This document shows positions 13,901 to 26,830 of a stretch of DNA of 64,000 nt, piece by piece; the first letter of the stretch is position 1, and each line of letters opens with the position of its first letter. Position numbers and translations under genes: made by a program. Origin of the DNA: Enoplolaimus lenunculus (Eukaryota); contig JASANG010001204.1 in assembly GCA_030248215.1 (NCBI GenBank), positions 310,001 through 374,000 on the forward strand, written 5' to 3'. The notes under the pieces are model-generated. The model saw nothing but the letters and a program-made list of their open reading frames with translations, was not told the DNA's origin and searched no databases.

Positions 13901-14720
13901 CAATAGTCTAGAAAAGGGTGAATGCCCCGCGCTAAACCTTTGGCCTTGCCCCTTACCTTGTGGCTTCGGAACCAAAGGGCTAAGAATCCCCCACAACTCA
14001 GCACACCTCAGGCCAGACCCCCACCCCTGTGGCTCTTTCTCTTTCCCCCCCCCAGCGACTGGAAAACAATCCCGGAACGGGGGGGAAAAGGGGGGGTCCC
14101 CTTGAAAGGAACAAAAGAATCCCAACCCCAAAACCGCCGAAGGGGAAAAGTCCAACCCCAAAGCGCCCAAAACAACAATCCTAACCAGCGCCCAGTACTC
14201 AGCCAAAAACAATAGTAAACAAACGCAAAGAAACTAACTAAGAAGACACTCCGAAGAATACCTTATCGCCGCTCCTCTCGGCAGACAACACAATACTACG
14301 GCAAAGCTGCACCACAGAAAACAGAACCGAAAGGCGAGGGGGCGGGGCTAAAAAAAAACAAACCGCAAACCGAGCAGAAAGCAAACCCCACCACACCAAA
14401 GCCAAGTCCCCCCCCTCCCATCACACGCTCCACGCCTCCTTCCTCGTGCGCTCCCTCTCCTCACCCGCGCCCCCTCCCGCCTGCCTCCCATGCATGCACC
14501 AACTCAACCTGCCCCTGGCTCTTTCCATTCCACCCCCCCCAACCCCCCTACCCAGCCGAACGAAGACAACTTCGTAACCTTAGTGAATTAAATGTCTGTT
14601 TTGATTATTAAATACATATTTACGCCAACTAAACGTGAAATTTTTGAATTTGTACCCTATCATAGACGCTTCTGTATGGGAGTGCACGCTATATTTTGCA
14701 TCTGAAACTAACGGTTATGA

Positions 14721-14940
14721 ACCCTATTGACACGTGAAAGTTTTCGCTGCGAGAACTTGCAGCTGCAACTTGGAACTTGCATGGTGGTTGTTCACAGATG
14801 TGAACTAAATTCCTAGCTACGATTTTAATCAATTATTTACAGCTGTATTAGTGTTTCGAACGGGATTTTGGACAAAACTTGCAACTGCAAGTTGCAGCTG
14901 CAAGTTTTTACAGCATAAACTTGCACGTGTGAATAGGACT
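14721..14940. mobile_element. Palindromic MITE (PIF/Harbinger-like)
   Basis: ccctattgacacgtg ... cacgtgtgaatagg, internal aacttgcagctgcaacttg inverted pair. Second copy at 41888-42173. Confidence 0.65.
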
Positions 14941-16298
14941 TTATGTTAATTTTTACAATATTAATGACGATTATTGAAACTTTAAAACTTGGTTATCAAA
15001 AAACCAACGAAAATAAACGACAAAAGTATGCATATAAACGAATGAAATATTATCATAATTAATAAACAATTGGCATCGATTTGCAAGTATACGAAGTGTT
15101 TTTTGCGTTAAATATACCTTGCAAACACAGCAATTAAATAAATAAATGAGCGCCACAACAAAGAAAACCGCTATTTTAATGTTTTGCCAAACAAGTTCTG
15201 AGACGTAGGCCAAACTGCTATTCAATGAACTATTTCTAAAACATTTGCTAAAAATAGAAGTCGGATCTATTACTCATTCAAACCAGAAACAGATGTTGCT
15301 GAAGCTGACTAAATTCTGCTTGTTCAAAGTTGAATTCTAAACCGAATCTGAACCTTTAAAATATTAAGCTATTCAAACTGTTTCGATGTCACGAAAATTT
15401 TTTTGTCTCAATGAAAATATGCACCCCCCCCCCGGGCAAATTTTATTCAAAACCTGTTCCCCCAAAGGCAAATTTTCATAACGAAACTTAATGAAAAAGT
15501 GCCCCTTTCATAATAAAGTGGCCCCTGCCACCAGGCAAATGAAAGTGGTCCTGACATAAAGCTACACTATGACCAGCAGCGGTTTAGAGGTTTTAGAGTG
15601 GTGTATTTTCATTTCTGACTCGTCGAATTGTGTTTCAAATGCGCCTCTTGGAAAGTGTGGTCAAGATTTTTGCTTCAGGCTTATTTTAAAGACATGCCGG
15701 GAACCGAATGCCCTAAAATATTCCAAAAATTGGACATAACCTTAAGGCCATACTCTCACTGCACAATTCAATTTTTGTAAAACAACAAATTTCACGGCCA
15801 AAATTGCTGGATTCTCCGGCAAAAGTTTTACTCTACTGAAGCCGGAAGTCAATCGTTAAGTCGCAACCGGAAGCAGACCTCTGGTTGTACCCGGATAAAT
15901 ATGGCCATAATTTGAAGGCGGATCATTTTTTCGCAGACTATAATACAGTAAGCTTAACGTTTAGAATTATTTTATAATTAGGCTTTAGGAATATGCTTAA
16001 TATACTACTGTTACGTTTTTCAGAATAAACAATGGCCAAAAATATTGTGGCATTTTGCACTGCATAGTGGGTTGATTTCTTTCAACAAATGCTGAGATAC
16101 TACGTCTAAATCAAGTAGTTTTCTGGAACTGGTGTAAGTCCGTTGAAATTTTAATGTTTTGTGCAATTCAGTGTATATTATCCGGTGTCAGGTGAAATTT
16201 AGTCAAGTCTGTGACTTGTTGTTTATTATTACACATTACTTTTAATGTTTAGTTTATACCAAAAGCGATGAAATCATGAGCTATGAATAGAGATATAT

Positions 16299-16699
16299 CA
16301 GAGTTCAACCGAAATTCCTGTTCTGGGCGGAATTGTTTAACAAATTCAATTCCTGTTTGCGTTCCTGCATTCAAAGATGCAGGAACCGGAATTTTTACGG
16401 TGTTTGAGGCATATTGTTTATAATAATTTTCAATATTCGAAGCTTTATTTTTGAAAAAAATTTATTTCGAAATGAGTGTTTTTGCAGCTAGTTCAGTAGC
16501 GTTAATAAACTGTTTCTGTCGTGTTTTCGCAAATCTTGATGATTAAACAGCTCCAAATTCACGTTAGCCGTTTTTTGGAAAGTTTTCTGAAAACTCCACA
16601 GTAAATGCGGTGATGAAAGTCATTTTACACTCCGGTTACTGCATAGAAATGCATTTGCTGTTCTTGTTCCTGCAAAATTGAGTTCCTGTTGAAACCCTG
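16299..16699. mobile_element. hAT-like element with CAG...CTG termini
   Basis: cagagttcaaccgaa ... ttcctgttgaaaccctg with internal ttcctg repeats. Related ends ccggttgtaccctg at 1-15 and ~60990-61002. Confidence 0.5.
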
Positions 16700-18645
16700 A
16701 TGGTATATACGGTGTTATTTTTTTAATTTTCAGTGTTATAGTTTATACTAAAAGCGTTAAACGATTGGTAAAGAATATAAATTGTACAACCAATAACGAA
16801 AAAAATTATATGTAAGTTAATTAATTGATAGCTGTACCTTTTAAATTTTTTATTGGTAAGTCGTTTTCTTTGAAATATATAATCATTGGCTCGCTGTATC
16901 GTTGTAGAGTGTAGCATAACTGTTCAGAAAATTGTGTTTAGTGTGTACATCATAAGCACATATATTGTGAACAAATCCTGAAAATTTGTACTCAAAATTG
17001 TACACAAACTTATATAGCCAAACGAACTGAACGATATAATTTTTGTAAATCTATAAAAAAATTTCACTACCGAAACTGCCGAAACCTCCAGCAAGAATTC
17101 TACTGGAGTCAATGGTCGATTTTTTGCCGGAGCCGGGGCAGACCTTTAGTTGTATCTTATATATATATTGGTGTTTTTCATATTGCACTGCTTTAATAAA
17201 CTGCACGAATTTGAGTTAATTCACCGGGTGAATTTGGTCAACATACATACACGCTGGACGCCATTCGGAGATAAATTATGTTAATCTCTTCTTTCTTTTT
17301 AGCAAAATGGGATTTTCAGCCAAATGGGATTTTCAACACTTTTTTTGAAAAAGCCCAATGAAAATAAATTCACTCAAACGTCCAAATAGTAACGCAGGAA
17401 CATAGGACCTGGCTGACTCTTCATTTTTGCAATGCAAAAATTTGCATACAAACTCATGAATATTTTTTCAGTGTCGTGAGCAGAGCTGTACGTTACCCGC
17501 GTTTAACCCGGGTACCGGTATGAAACTGTTATCGCGGGTAAGGAATTGCAAAGCCCGGGTGAACATTTGTGGTTCTTTACCCGCCGGATATCCGATTACG
17601 GTAAAAATCTATCCGTTTCCGTAACAGAAATACCGGAAATTCTGTTATTTTTACGCTCAAAATTAGTTGTAAATTATGGATCTCGCAATTTTTCATTATA
17701 CAGATATGTTGCAAGCCAGGGTGTCAATAACTGAATCGGGTGGTGATCAAAATAACGGAAAACGGATATTTATAGCATAATAGTTTCAAAAACGTTTTAT
17801 TTTTCTGCCAACACAAGGAGCAAATATTCACTAATTGCGGATGCATCGAAACTCGTGCAGCATATCTGTAAAAAATTGCGAGCCTCCTGAGCGTAATGCA
17901 GTCTAAAACAGAGCTTAAGCCTAAGCCTAAGCAAAAAAAAATCGTTCAAAATTTAAGCCAACTCTACTGCGGTCTTGTGAGAAAATTGGCACTAGTGGAT
18001 GCAGAGGAAGGCGCGCGGGCGTATGTCCTCGACAGAAATTTTTTGTGATGAAATGGTAAGACCCCTCCGAACCTTACGGTACCTGCCTTACAAATTTCCT
18101 CGACAGGATATTTGTTCAGTATGTTTCAAAATGATTCTTTCTTCTCGTAACGTAAAACGACTTATGTATTTGTAGTTCGAGGGAAAGTGTGACATTCGAT
18201 CAATCACTGTTGCAGAGGTTTAAATCAGACGTGAACACCAAGTCAACTCATATTCAGGTATGGCCAACGCAAGTATTTACTAGTAAGTAGCAATCTTCTA
18301 AACCGAATACCCAGCACTGCTGAAGCAGTTGCATAAATCGTAAATACCCATTTATTTCTGGTTCGAGCAAAACCATAATAATGAAAAAGGTATTATTGTG
18401 CCTTGTTAGCTTTCGGATATCTTCAATAAATCAAAAATTTTTCGACAAATTTTTAAGCCATTTTAGGTCGCGTTAAGTATAGATATTTAATAACACGAAA
18501 CAATGACGAAGTTCACAATTATTACGTAAAATACCTTATAATGGTCTCGGGTTTAGTTTATAATCGCAGTTTATAATACACGATTCTTCCCGCAGTGTTG
18601 CTATCAGAGCATGGCGGTGTAACCAAAAATAGATTTTCAAAAATT

Positions 18646-18800
18646 TGGCCAATGTAAACAACAGGGGATGCCTGAGAGCGTAAGAATGAGTTTATTCCTA
18701 AGCCTACGGCTAAGCCAAGCAAAAAAATTAGTCTAAGGCTTAAGCTTGTTCTATTCTAGTCCCACAGAAGAACTTTCCGCCCCTGATATTTACATGGCCA
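18646..18800 (-). mobile_element. YGGCC/TTAGGC MITE
   Basis: TIRs and perfect 6-bp TSD aaaatt. Confidence 0.85.
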
Positions 18801-19084
18801 AAAATTTTAAGAAAAACCCAACATCATACAGTCGCAACTGGAATATGTTTCATTTTTTAATGTTTTTGTCAAATTCTGACCATAAAATGCGTTTTGAGAG
18901 GAGTGGCATTTTGGTATCAGTTTTCACATATGAGCTTCATCGCAGCAGTAACTTTCAGCCAATCTAAGTCAAAGGCTAGAGTTAAAAGCATTCGATTTTA
19001 CTATTTAACCTAAATACTCACCTGAATGTCTTTCGTTCAACACTAATGTTAATCGGTATCAACATGCAATTTTGTTTGAAAATC

Positions 19085-19301
19085 CGGCCCATGTAACGAT
19101 CTCGGGCGGAACGTTTTCATGTGGGACTAGAAAAGAACAAGTTTAAGCTTTAGACACATTTCTTTGACACTTGACTTAGGCGAAGGCTTACGCTTAGGAA
19201 TACGCTCATTCGTACGCTTAGGCTTAGCCTAGGCTTAGCCTTTAGGCTTAGGAATATGCTTATAATACTGTTCCGTCCCTGTTCTTTACATACTTAGGCC
19301 G
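19085..19301 (+). mobile_element. YGGCC/TTAGGC MITE
   Basis: TIRs, ttaggc core, TSD aaaatc/aatatc. Confidence 0.8.
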
Positions 19302-20231
19302 AATATCCTACGAGGCAAATGCATGGTTTTTGAAACTCCGTGGGAATTAAATGAAAATTGGCATTCCGCGGAGACCTTCACGTGCTAAGTTCGTAGCTGC
19401 GATTTATTGGGCTGTGTTGCTTCCAGCTCGGAAATTACAACCCAAGAAAGTTTTAGCGCTAACAGCGACTGATTTGAACTACTGCTAGCTGTTTTCCATG
19501 ATTGTAAAATATAAACTGTACAAGGTTTATTATCTGAACCAGCTTGGAAGGCGGTTTGTCTATGTTTAATATTTCCAAAAATGATACAGCCGTTTAACTA
19601 TTAAACCAGCAACGTACCAATGGTGCCAATATAAGGCAAAAATTTTTCAAAATACGGAATTTGAACGGCAAACTTCTAATTTGACTAGCAATTGAAATAT
19701 TAATACGTCCGTCTTTTAAGCTTGTTAACGCTACGCGATTTTCCTAGCTACAATGAAATTTTGTTTAAATACGTTTCAATATTTAACATCAGATGCGTTT
19801 GATTGTATTTCATTGGACGGTCCATATTCCGTACTTTGGGTGTTTATATTTGCCATCAGTGTAGGATCAATCAAACGGCACCAGATCTGTTCGGTTAAAA
19901 GCGTTGTGTTCACTTTTACTGCACAAGACGTTGTGTATAGAGTGAATATAATATGTACATACCGTGTTTGAAACTGTACGCATGGGCAGATCGCAATTGA
20001 ATTTGCGTCAAAATTAATTAATAATTCATAAATATAATTTTACCATGGTCCACTTGCTGTGGTGAGACGTACTCGTACGCTCACCGCTAAACCAGGCCAG
20101 TAAACGCAGTAGAAATAGTCTACACAGAAAGATAGCTATCACAGTGGATTGCAACCATACCGGAAAATAGGTTTCAAGCCAATAATTATATAATACGGTT
20201 TTTCGACACAACCGCTTGGACGTTGCTTTAA

Positions 20232-20494
20232 CCCCTTCTCACATTGAGTTGCCTATAGGCAACTCAGCGCAGTGTATATACGTTAAATAATATATATCGC
20301 ACCGTGTTTAACAACTGCAACACGTATACATAGTACTAAATCAGCACAAGACGTGAGAGCCCCCTCGGGCTCGAGCGTCAAGCTCCTATAGCTGAGTGGT
20401 GATGGTATACGCCTCCCACTCCAGTCACCGGAGTTCGAATCCTAGCATAAAAGTAGGTCTCAGGGGAAATTGAATATATTCATGTGAGAAAGGG
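20232..20494 (+). mobile_element. TTAA-flanked piggyBac-like MITE containing a tRNA-like A/B-box segment
   Basis: TTAA|ccccttctcaca ... tgtgagaaaggg|TTAG. Internal tagctgagtgg (A box) and gagttcgaatcc (B box). Confidence 0.75.
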
Positions 20495-20771
20495 TTAGAA
20501 TATATTTTCATTGCATCAAGAACTCCGTGGCACTTTTGTAGGCATTAAATCAAAACATAATAAGAATAAAAATAACACAATATGTAAAAGTATATACATT
20601 TATTGCGAATTTTTACCAGATTTACCATTACTTTTTGGGCAATACATCTTCGAAGTTTAGCCAATATAACTTAGTTTACATAATATTTCAGCCGAGGTTT
20701 ATTGAGTCACTTACATACAACAGCCGTTTGTCTTCAATAATACGGTGATTTTAATAACGTCATTGCTACAT

Positions 20772-21012
20772 TTAATCAGCGTCCGTACAAATAGTTACAA
20801 AGACAGAAACAGAGTGAACTTGCACTCTAAGAAATCTATTAAGGGTTGCACTATACTTAACGTTCGACGACACTGTGCGTCCCTCGTACGGCGCCGTCCG
20901 TCGCTCGTACGGCGCCGTCCGTCACCATCTGTCACCATCCGTTAATCAGCGTCCGTACAAATGGTTACAAAGACAGAAACATAGTGAACTTGTACTATAA
21001 GAAATCTATTAA
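20772..21012 (+). repeat. 170-bp tandem duplication including the left end of the PIF-like element
   Basis: ttaatcagcgtccgtacaaat...gaaatctattaagggttgcac starts at 20772 and again at 20942. Confidence 0.85.
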
Positions 21013-21307
21013 GGGTTGCACTATACTTAACGTTCGACGACACTGTGCGTCACTCGTACGGCGCCGTCCGTCACTCGTACGGCGCCGTCCGTCACTCGTA
21101 CGGCGCCGTCCGTCACTCGTACGGCGCCGTCCGTCACTCGTACGGCGCCGTCCGTCACTCGTACGGCGCCGTCCGACACTCGTACGGCGCCGTCCGACAC
21201 TCGTACGGCGCCGTCCGTCACTATCTGTCAGCATCCGTTATCGTTACGTAAACGGTGACAGACGGCGCCGGACAGCGCCGCACGTCAACAAAAGTATAGC
21301 GCAATCC
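21013..21307. mobile_element. PIF/Harbinger-like MITE with 8 x 21-bp internal tandem repeat
   Basis: TAA|gggttgcactatactt ... aagtatagcgcaatcc|TAA, unit cactcgtacggcgccgtccgt. Related right end at ~2595-2610. Confidence 0.75.
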
Positions 21308-21508
21308 TAATGATATTTATTCATTTACAGCGAAAGATACGTAATATGGATCGCGTTTTATTAACTTTGCGGATTATGATTTCGTGTGACGAGTGACAGA
21401 ATACGTTAATTTGCAGCGTCCGAATGTGCAAGACTGTTGACAAACATACAAAACCGTTTTCGCGTTTTGAAATAAGCGGTTATTGATGCTGAAATGTTAT
21501 TATTATGA

Positions 21509-21910
21509 CCAAGAGTTACTAATGACTAGAGTATGCAACTCCTGGGGTCCCGCATGGTACATGTAACAACCGGGCGTGGCATTTTCGGTTCACCCCTCCC
21601 CCTTGCTCAGAAGGGGGTCGCTATCACATTAATACCCCTGAATTAAACTGTAAGGGGAGTATGTTTGACTTTGCAAGTTGAGCGACTGTCTGTGAAGTCC
21701 CGAAATTTCATTTGTGTGATTTTAAAGATGCACAACTTGTCAGCTTATTTTTGAAGTGTCGGTGTCTTTAAGTTGGTAATTAGAGCGCCATGGTTCGTTC
21801 CTGTTGTACCCCCGTTTAAATAAACGAGGGTAGGGGGCAAAACGCAACGCGTACCGAGTATATTCTTTTCTATACAGATGTGCGAATGTTCCCAGTTGCA
21901 TACTCTTGTT
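21509..21910. mobile_element. Putative MITE (agagtatgcaact TIR)
   Basis: agagtatgcaact / agttgcatactct inverted pair. Shares the aaa(c/t)gcaacgcgt motif with 42448-42768. Confidence 0.45.
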
Positions 21911-24191
21911 AAATATCGATTCTTGATATGACACACATTTCAAAGCGATTTTACTAGCGGTACTTAATATTTGCAACCATTTTGGCTAAAGCTTATGAAA
22001 TGACAAATAATTGTTCATTTTTACTCGAATTACCAAACAAATACAGTTGTTAATTTGTTCGAATTGCAAACAAAACAAAATAAAGATATTAATTTTGCAG
22101 TAATTCCTCAAATTATATACATATACAATTAGCACAATACCCAGCTACCATATGTGCTATGTGAACCTATGCATGGAATTAAATATTGCCGGCGATCTTT
22201 GATGTATATATGTACGTTTGGTTTGTCTAATGATGATAAATTACTCTTAGGTACCCTATACATCCATTCAGCGGAAACAGTTCATCTCAGGTTGGACCAT
22301 ATGGTATGGCAGAAAACGCGTTGAAAGTGTAAAATCAAATTTTAAATATTTTTGAAATGTATACTGACCTATTAAATTGGGTGTCATGAAATAAAATCCT
22401 TCATTAATTGCTAATTTTGAAGTCATATTAAAATGATGTAACTGGAAACCTTTGACATGGAAAAATTTTGAAATACTAAACTGTAGACCGGTTCTAAAAG
22501 TTCGATAGAGGTTACTGAATCTCAAGTACCTGCCTTATGCATGTGACCCTTAGAAGCATATGCTATTTACGAAGTCACCCGTTCGCTTACAAGCTTATGC
22601 CTTACCATACAGTTATACGAATAACCAAAGTCTAAGAAATGCTTAAATTTGGAAATATCAAAACCTCTAAGAGTTCACACGAGTCCTCGAGTTTATGAGT
22701 TTACTTTTGCCGAGGAGGGCTGCTGAGAGAGCATATGCAACCTCGAAATACCATGCGATACTTGAAGACCTTAAATTTGTATACATGGTCCATGACCAAC
22801 AGTTATATAGTGTGCGTGTTTTAAATATTTAATGCGTTTAAACCATTAATTGAATATATTTCTTGTTAAATAATAATAGCATTCGAACGCGTTCGTTTTA
22901 CTTTTGTAGAACAGTGGCCTCAATATATTTTCCACAATGAAAATTGCCTATATATTTCATGAATATTGCTGCGCTTTATACTGCAGAAATGCTATTTTCT
23001 ATTAATATCTAGTGTTTAGGTCGTTTACGTACTCGTTCGCACACTTCTGCAAGGCTCTTATACACTCTCTCCCGTAATTTTGGGAAATTTTCAAATTTTG
23101 GCATAACTTAGGCATGTGTTTTAGGCGTAGACTATGGTTTAAGCTTAAGCTAAAGCTTTTGCGGAAAGTTTTCAAGTGCCTCTAGCTATCTCTGGTTTTT
23201 TATAGACTATTAAGTAAAATTGTGTCCAAAATAATGCATAGAGATTAGAATGTAAACAAATAAATTATACATGGTGATAACTTTGATTTTGGCTTTCACT
23301 CTGGCATGCGGGCCCGTAGTCAGCGAAAGGTAGGATGCTCAGCCTCCCATCGAAAAGTTTTCACCGCGCTAGAAGATTCAAAACCTTTCTTGTAAATCTA
23401 CAAAAACCCTTGTATGCCCCTCATGAAAATGTTGTTCTAGCTATTACCCCGAGCAATGTGAGCTAGCTACGGTCTTGCTCAGCGGTGATGCTATAATTTA
23501 ATCAACTCGTGTTTGACCAATTTTCCTTCAATAATATAACGGATTTTTTGACCAAAACAATATTCAAAAGTGTGTATATATTTTGGTAACACAATTTAGG
23601 TTTGGTCTTTGATCAATTAATAACCAAACGTAAATCGTGTGTCAGTTAAAAATATTAAACTTAGGTTTCTTGATCATGTCCAAACTTAAGCCTAAAATTG
23701 AAGTTCGGACGTCTTTGCTGGTTCGACAAAGCGTGAAAACTTAGTTTTATTCAGCTGTTCCTACTTGCTGTTTTTCAAACAAATGTATCTGATACACGTA
23801 GACTAATCGACTTTTTTCGTTCACTGCCAGCCGGTGTATGCTGAAAGATGGCCTGGTTTTAAATTGTTTTCTTAATTTGAGCTTCTCATGACCTCATCTG
23901 ATCATATTACATTAATGTTTGAATTTTTTGACATATTTCTCAAGCGCTCTTTGAGTGCTCGAATGTTTAATAAAGAGCCGGTTTTGAACGAAGCACCAAA
24001 GTCTTATTTCCTTGCCAGCTTCAACGCTACATTGCAGCGAAAAGTCAACAGAGTTACGAGTTTGTTAGTAACATTTGATGCTCAGGGAAGGGAAGTAAAC
24101 CTTAAGGTAAGCTTTAAACATAAACATAATACTATAATCCTAAACATCGACATAAACCTTAAAGATAGTAAACTGAAAATTTTTCGCTTAA

Positions 24192-24454
24192 CCCTTTATC
24201 ACGCGAATATTTTCTATTTCATCTGAGACCTACTTTTATGCTAGGATTCGAACTCCAGTGACTGTAGTGGGAGGCGTTTATCATCACCATTCAGCTATAG
24301 GAACTTGCCGCTCGAGCCCGAGGGGACTCTCACGTCTTGTGGTAATTTATTACTATGTATACGTGATGCAATTGTTAAACACTGTACGATATATATTATT
24401 TAACGTATATACATTGCGCTGAGTTGCCGATAGTCAAACCTATGTTAGAAGGGG
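24192..24454 (-). mobile_element. TTAA-flanked piggyBac-like MITE with tRNA-like segment
   Basis: TTAA on both sides, CCC...GGG termini, reverse complement of 20232-20494. Confidence 0.8.
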
Positions 24455-24880
24455 TTAATTTAAGCCTAAACGCCAGCATTAATCCAGTGTTGTTAAGATT
24501 TCGGTTAGAGTGCGTATAACGTTTTATATAAAAGAAATTCTTAGTCTCTTTTCTAAACAATAGCTCAAATGCCTGTTGAAAATGTTAATTCTAGTCTTCC
24601 GAAATTTCACGAAGTGATATATTCCATCTATCTCTCCCTTGCTACACACACCAATGAATTAATGCTTATAGACAGGGCCGGCGGTAATATAGTCAGAAAC
24701 CCCCAAACAGGTCCAAGGGGTCCCAAATAAAATGTTTTACAACTCTATAACTTCGTGGTCAACCAAAAAATTTTAGTTTGCCAAAGTGGGGTCACCCAAA
24801 ACTCGACTACCCCAACTGGGGGTTTGAGAGGACACTTCCGCCGCCACTGTTTATGGAACCGAAAAGTTTTATTAAAAGAT

Positions 24881-25048
24881 GGGCCCATGCAAAGATCAGG
24901 AGCGGAACCTTTTTGTGTGGCACTGCAGTAAAGTAAGTTTAAGCTTTAGACTAATTTTTTTGCTTAAATTAGGCTTAGGATTAGATTTAGGCTAAGTCTT
25001 ATGAATAGGCTTATTATACTGTTCCGCCTCTGTTTTTTACATTGGCCA
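24881..25048 (+). mobile_element. YGGCC/TTAGGC MITE
   Basis: Perfect 6-bp TSD aaagat. Confidence 0.85.
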
Positions 25049-26460
25049 AAAGATGCAAGTTCACAAAAGTTCAACACAACATAAATAACCGCTTAGTACG
25101 CCTATTCTCAAATCAGTGTAGCACTTAACACCAGTTAGTAATAGGTTTTCAAACAAGCGAACTGAAGAGGCTACAAATGTTCAACTTGGCTCACAAGCGA
25201 AATTAGAAAAAAAGGCACTAAAGTTTGATGCTCTACTTTGTCTGGTTCGGAATTTACCAGTCCTTTCGTCCACTGGCGATCGGTGCTACACACATTTGAG
25301 ACTACTGCGGCCATTGGTTGTCGATGCTATCAGGTTGAAGCTTCACATTTTCCCATCTCATCACCAGCCTATTTTAGTTTATTACTCTCCTCCTTTATGC
25401 TTCAAGAGCAAAGCCGTACTAGTAGCATTCAATATTAATTGTTATTGCAATCATACAAATAAGGCGGTACAATTTTTAAATATTATTCACCGAATCAAAT
25501 TGCACATTTGCCCACGGTAGTGCGTGCGCCAATCGCTTTTCTGCGTCATTTGTTTGTAATCATCTTAATCGTATCATACTTTCAACGCAATTGATTCGTC
25601 ATGAGCATGTTCCTCAATCTAATATGAGAGAACGTTGAGATTAACCGCTTTGTTAGGTAAAAGAAACCTATATATGTTTTGTAAAATATAACCAATAGTT
25701 CACGTGATACCAGACAAAATACAACTAAACACACGAGCCCATTCCTGTGTTACAAACTGAAAAAGTAGCTGAAACCCCATTTAAATGCCTCAAAAGCAAC
25801 GTTTGACCCTTGACTTTCCCACCGTGGCTACACGTTTAGACTAAAACATTCCTCAGTAGCCGAATATGTACTGGTAATTTCAAAAGTATATATATCTGTA
25901 ATTTAAGATATACCAAACCCGTTCAACCACGAATTTAGCACTAAAACAGTTCGAAGTGCCTTGTGAAATTGATTTTTTTTAGTTTTCCATTGTTAAATTT
26001 GAAACATTTAATTAATCATCATATATAGGGATGTCAAACTTACCAAATGGACCAAAATTTACGTAATATGCCTGATCTGCCTACGGCACAATTTGGCGAC
26101 CCTCACATTCAATCTTGTCCCAGCCCTTGGTTGAAAATCCTGCAAGCACTCAACATTAGAATAATCGCATCAAATAACCATTTACTTAATGAAACCAAGC
26201 AATTCGTTCTCTTGCGATTACGCATTGGTGAAAGATATTTGGTTGGTCACAAGAAGTGTTTGGAATGTCGTTAGTTTAATTACAATACTGGAGACCTGGA
26301 AAGGTTCTTTCGAATACCAGCGAATGTACTACAAGAAGTAAGATACTTGGCATAAATATATATAGAGAGTGTTGAGGTTGACAAATAGTATATGAGGCAA
26401 ATGTGTACCTGTGATAAGCTTGAAAATGAGAAAATGCACTGCGCTTTATTATAGAACAAA

Positions 26461-26830
26461 TGGTCCATGTATAGAACAGGGCCGGAACAGTAGTATAAGA
26501 ATGTTCCTAAACCTAAGCCTAAGGTTAAGCGTATGGATGAGCCTATTCCTAAGCCTAAACCTAAGCCTAAGTCTAAGCAAAAAAAATAGTCAAAAGCTTA
26601 AAGAACTCATATAGCTCCTCCGCACACGTCCTCCCCTTTTTAAAAAAAAATAATCTATACTTAAACACTCTATTATATCCCTCCAACCCCCCTGCCTACG
26701 ACAACAAAAAAAAAAAAAACAAAAAAAAAAACATTAAAAAAAACAAATAAACAATCACACACAGATAACTTTAGCCACAACTATTATAGCTCCTCCGGAA
26801 CACGATATCCTTGTACAAGTTGTGCTCATA
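26461..26830 (-). mobile_element. YGGCC/TTAGGC MITE broken by a low-complexity (probably low-quality) tract
   Basis: tggtccatgtatagaacagggccgga start and cctaag repeats. Poly-A/C tract 26620-26770, then a partial repeat of the element tail. Confidence 0.6.

Larger units (their letters stand above)
2417..14581. repeat. ~12-kb inverted duplication (palindrome), centre ~8635; all elements of the left arm are mirrored in the right arm
   Basis: About 3525-7750 matches the reverse complement of about 9420-13695 with few differences. Mirrored ORFs appear in the track (6065/10949, 5539/11466, 4871/12089, 4777/12261, 3457/13491). aaggttacgaa at 2417 pairs with ttcgtaacctt ending 14581. Confidence 0.95.

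Noticed and set aside
13695..14581. GC-rich ORFs 13889-14212 and 13922-14215 and C-rich tract as a gene or G-quadruplex region
   Set aside because: The tract is a garbled reverse complement of 2417-3525, consistent with low-quality consensus.
20380..20450. Functional tRNA gene
   Set aside because: A and B boxes are present, but no acceptor stem pairs and the anticodon stem is broken. It lies inside a repeated TIR element.
21045..21225. CRISPR-like array or Arg-rich repeat protein
   Set aside because: Head-to-tail 21-mers without unique spacers, inside a MITE, in a eukaryotic context.
26620..26790. Poly-A tail of a retroposed element
   Set aside because: Mixed A/C homopolymer tract interrupts a MITE whose tail is repeated on both sides, so it looks like a consensus error.
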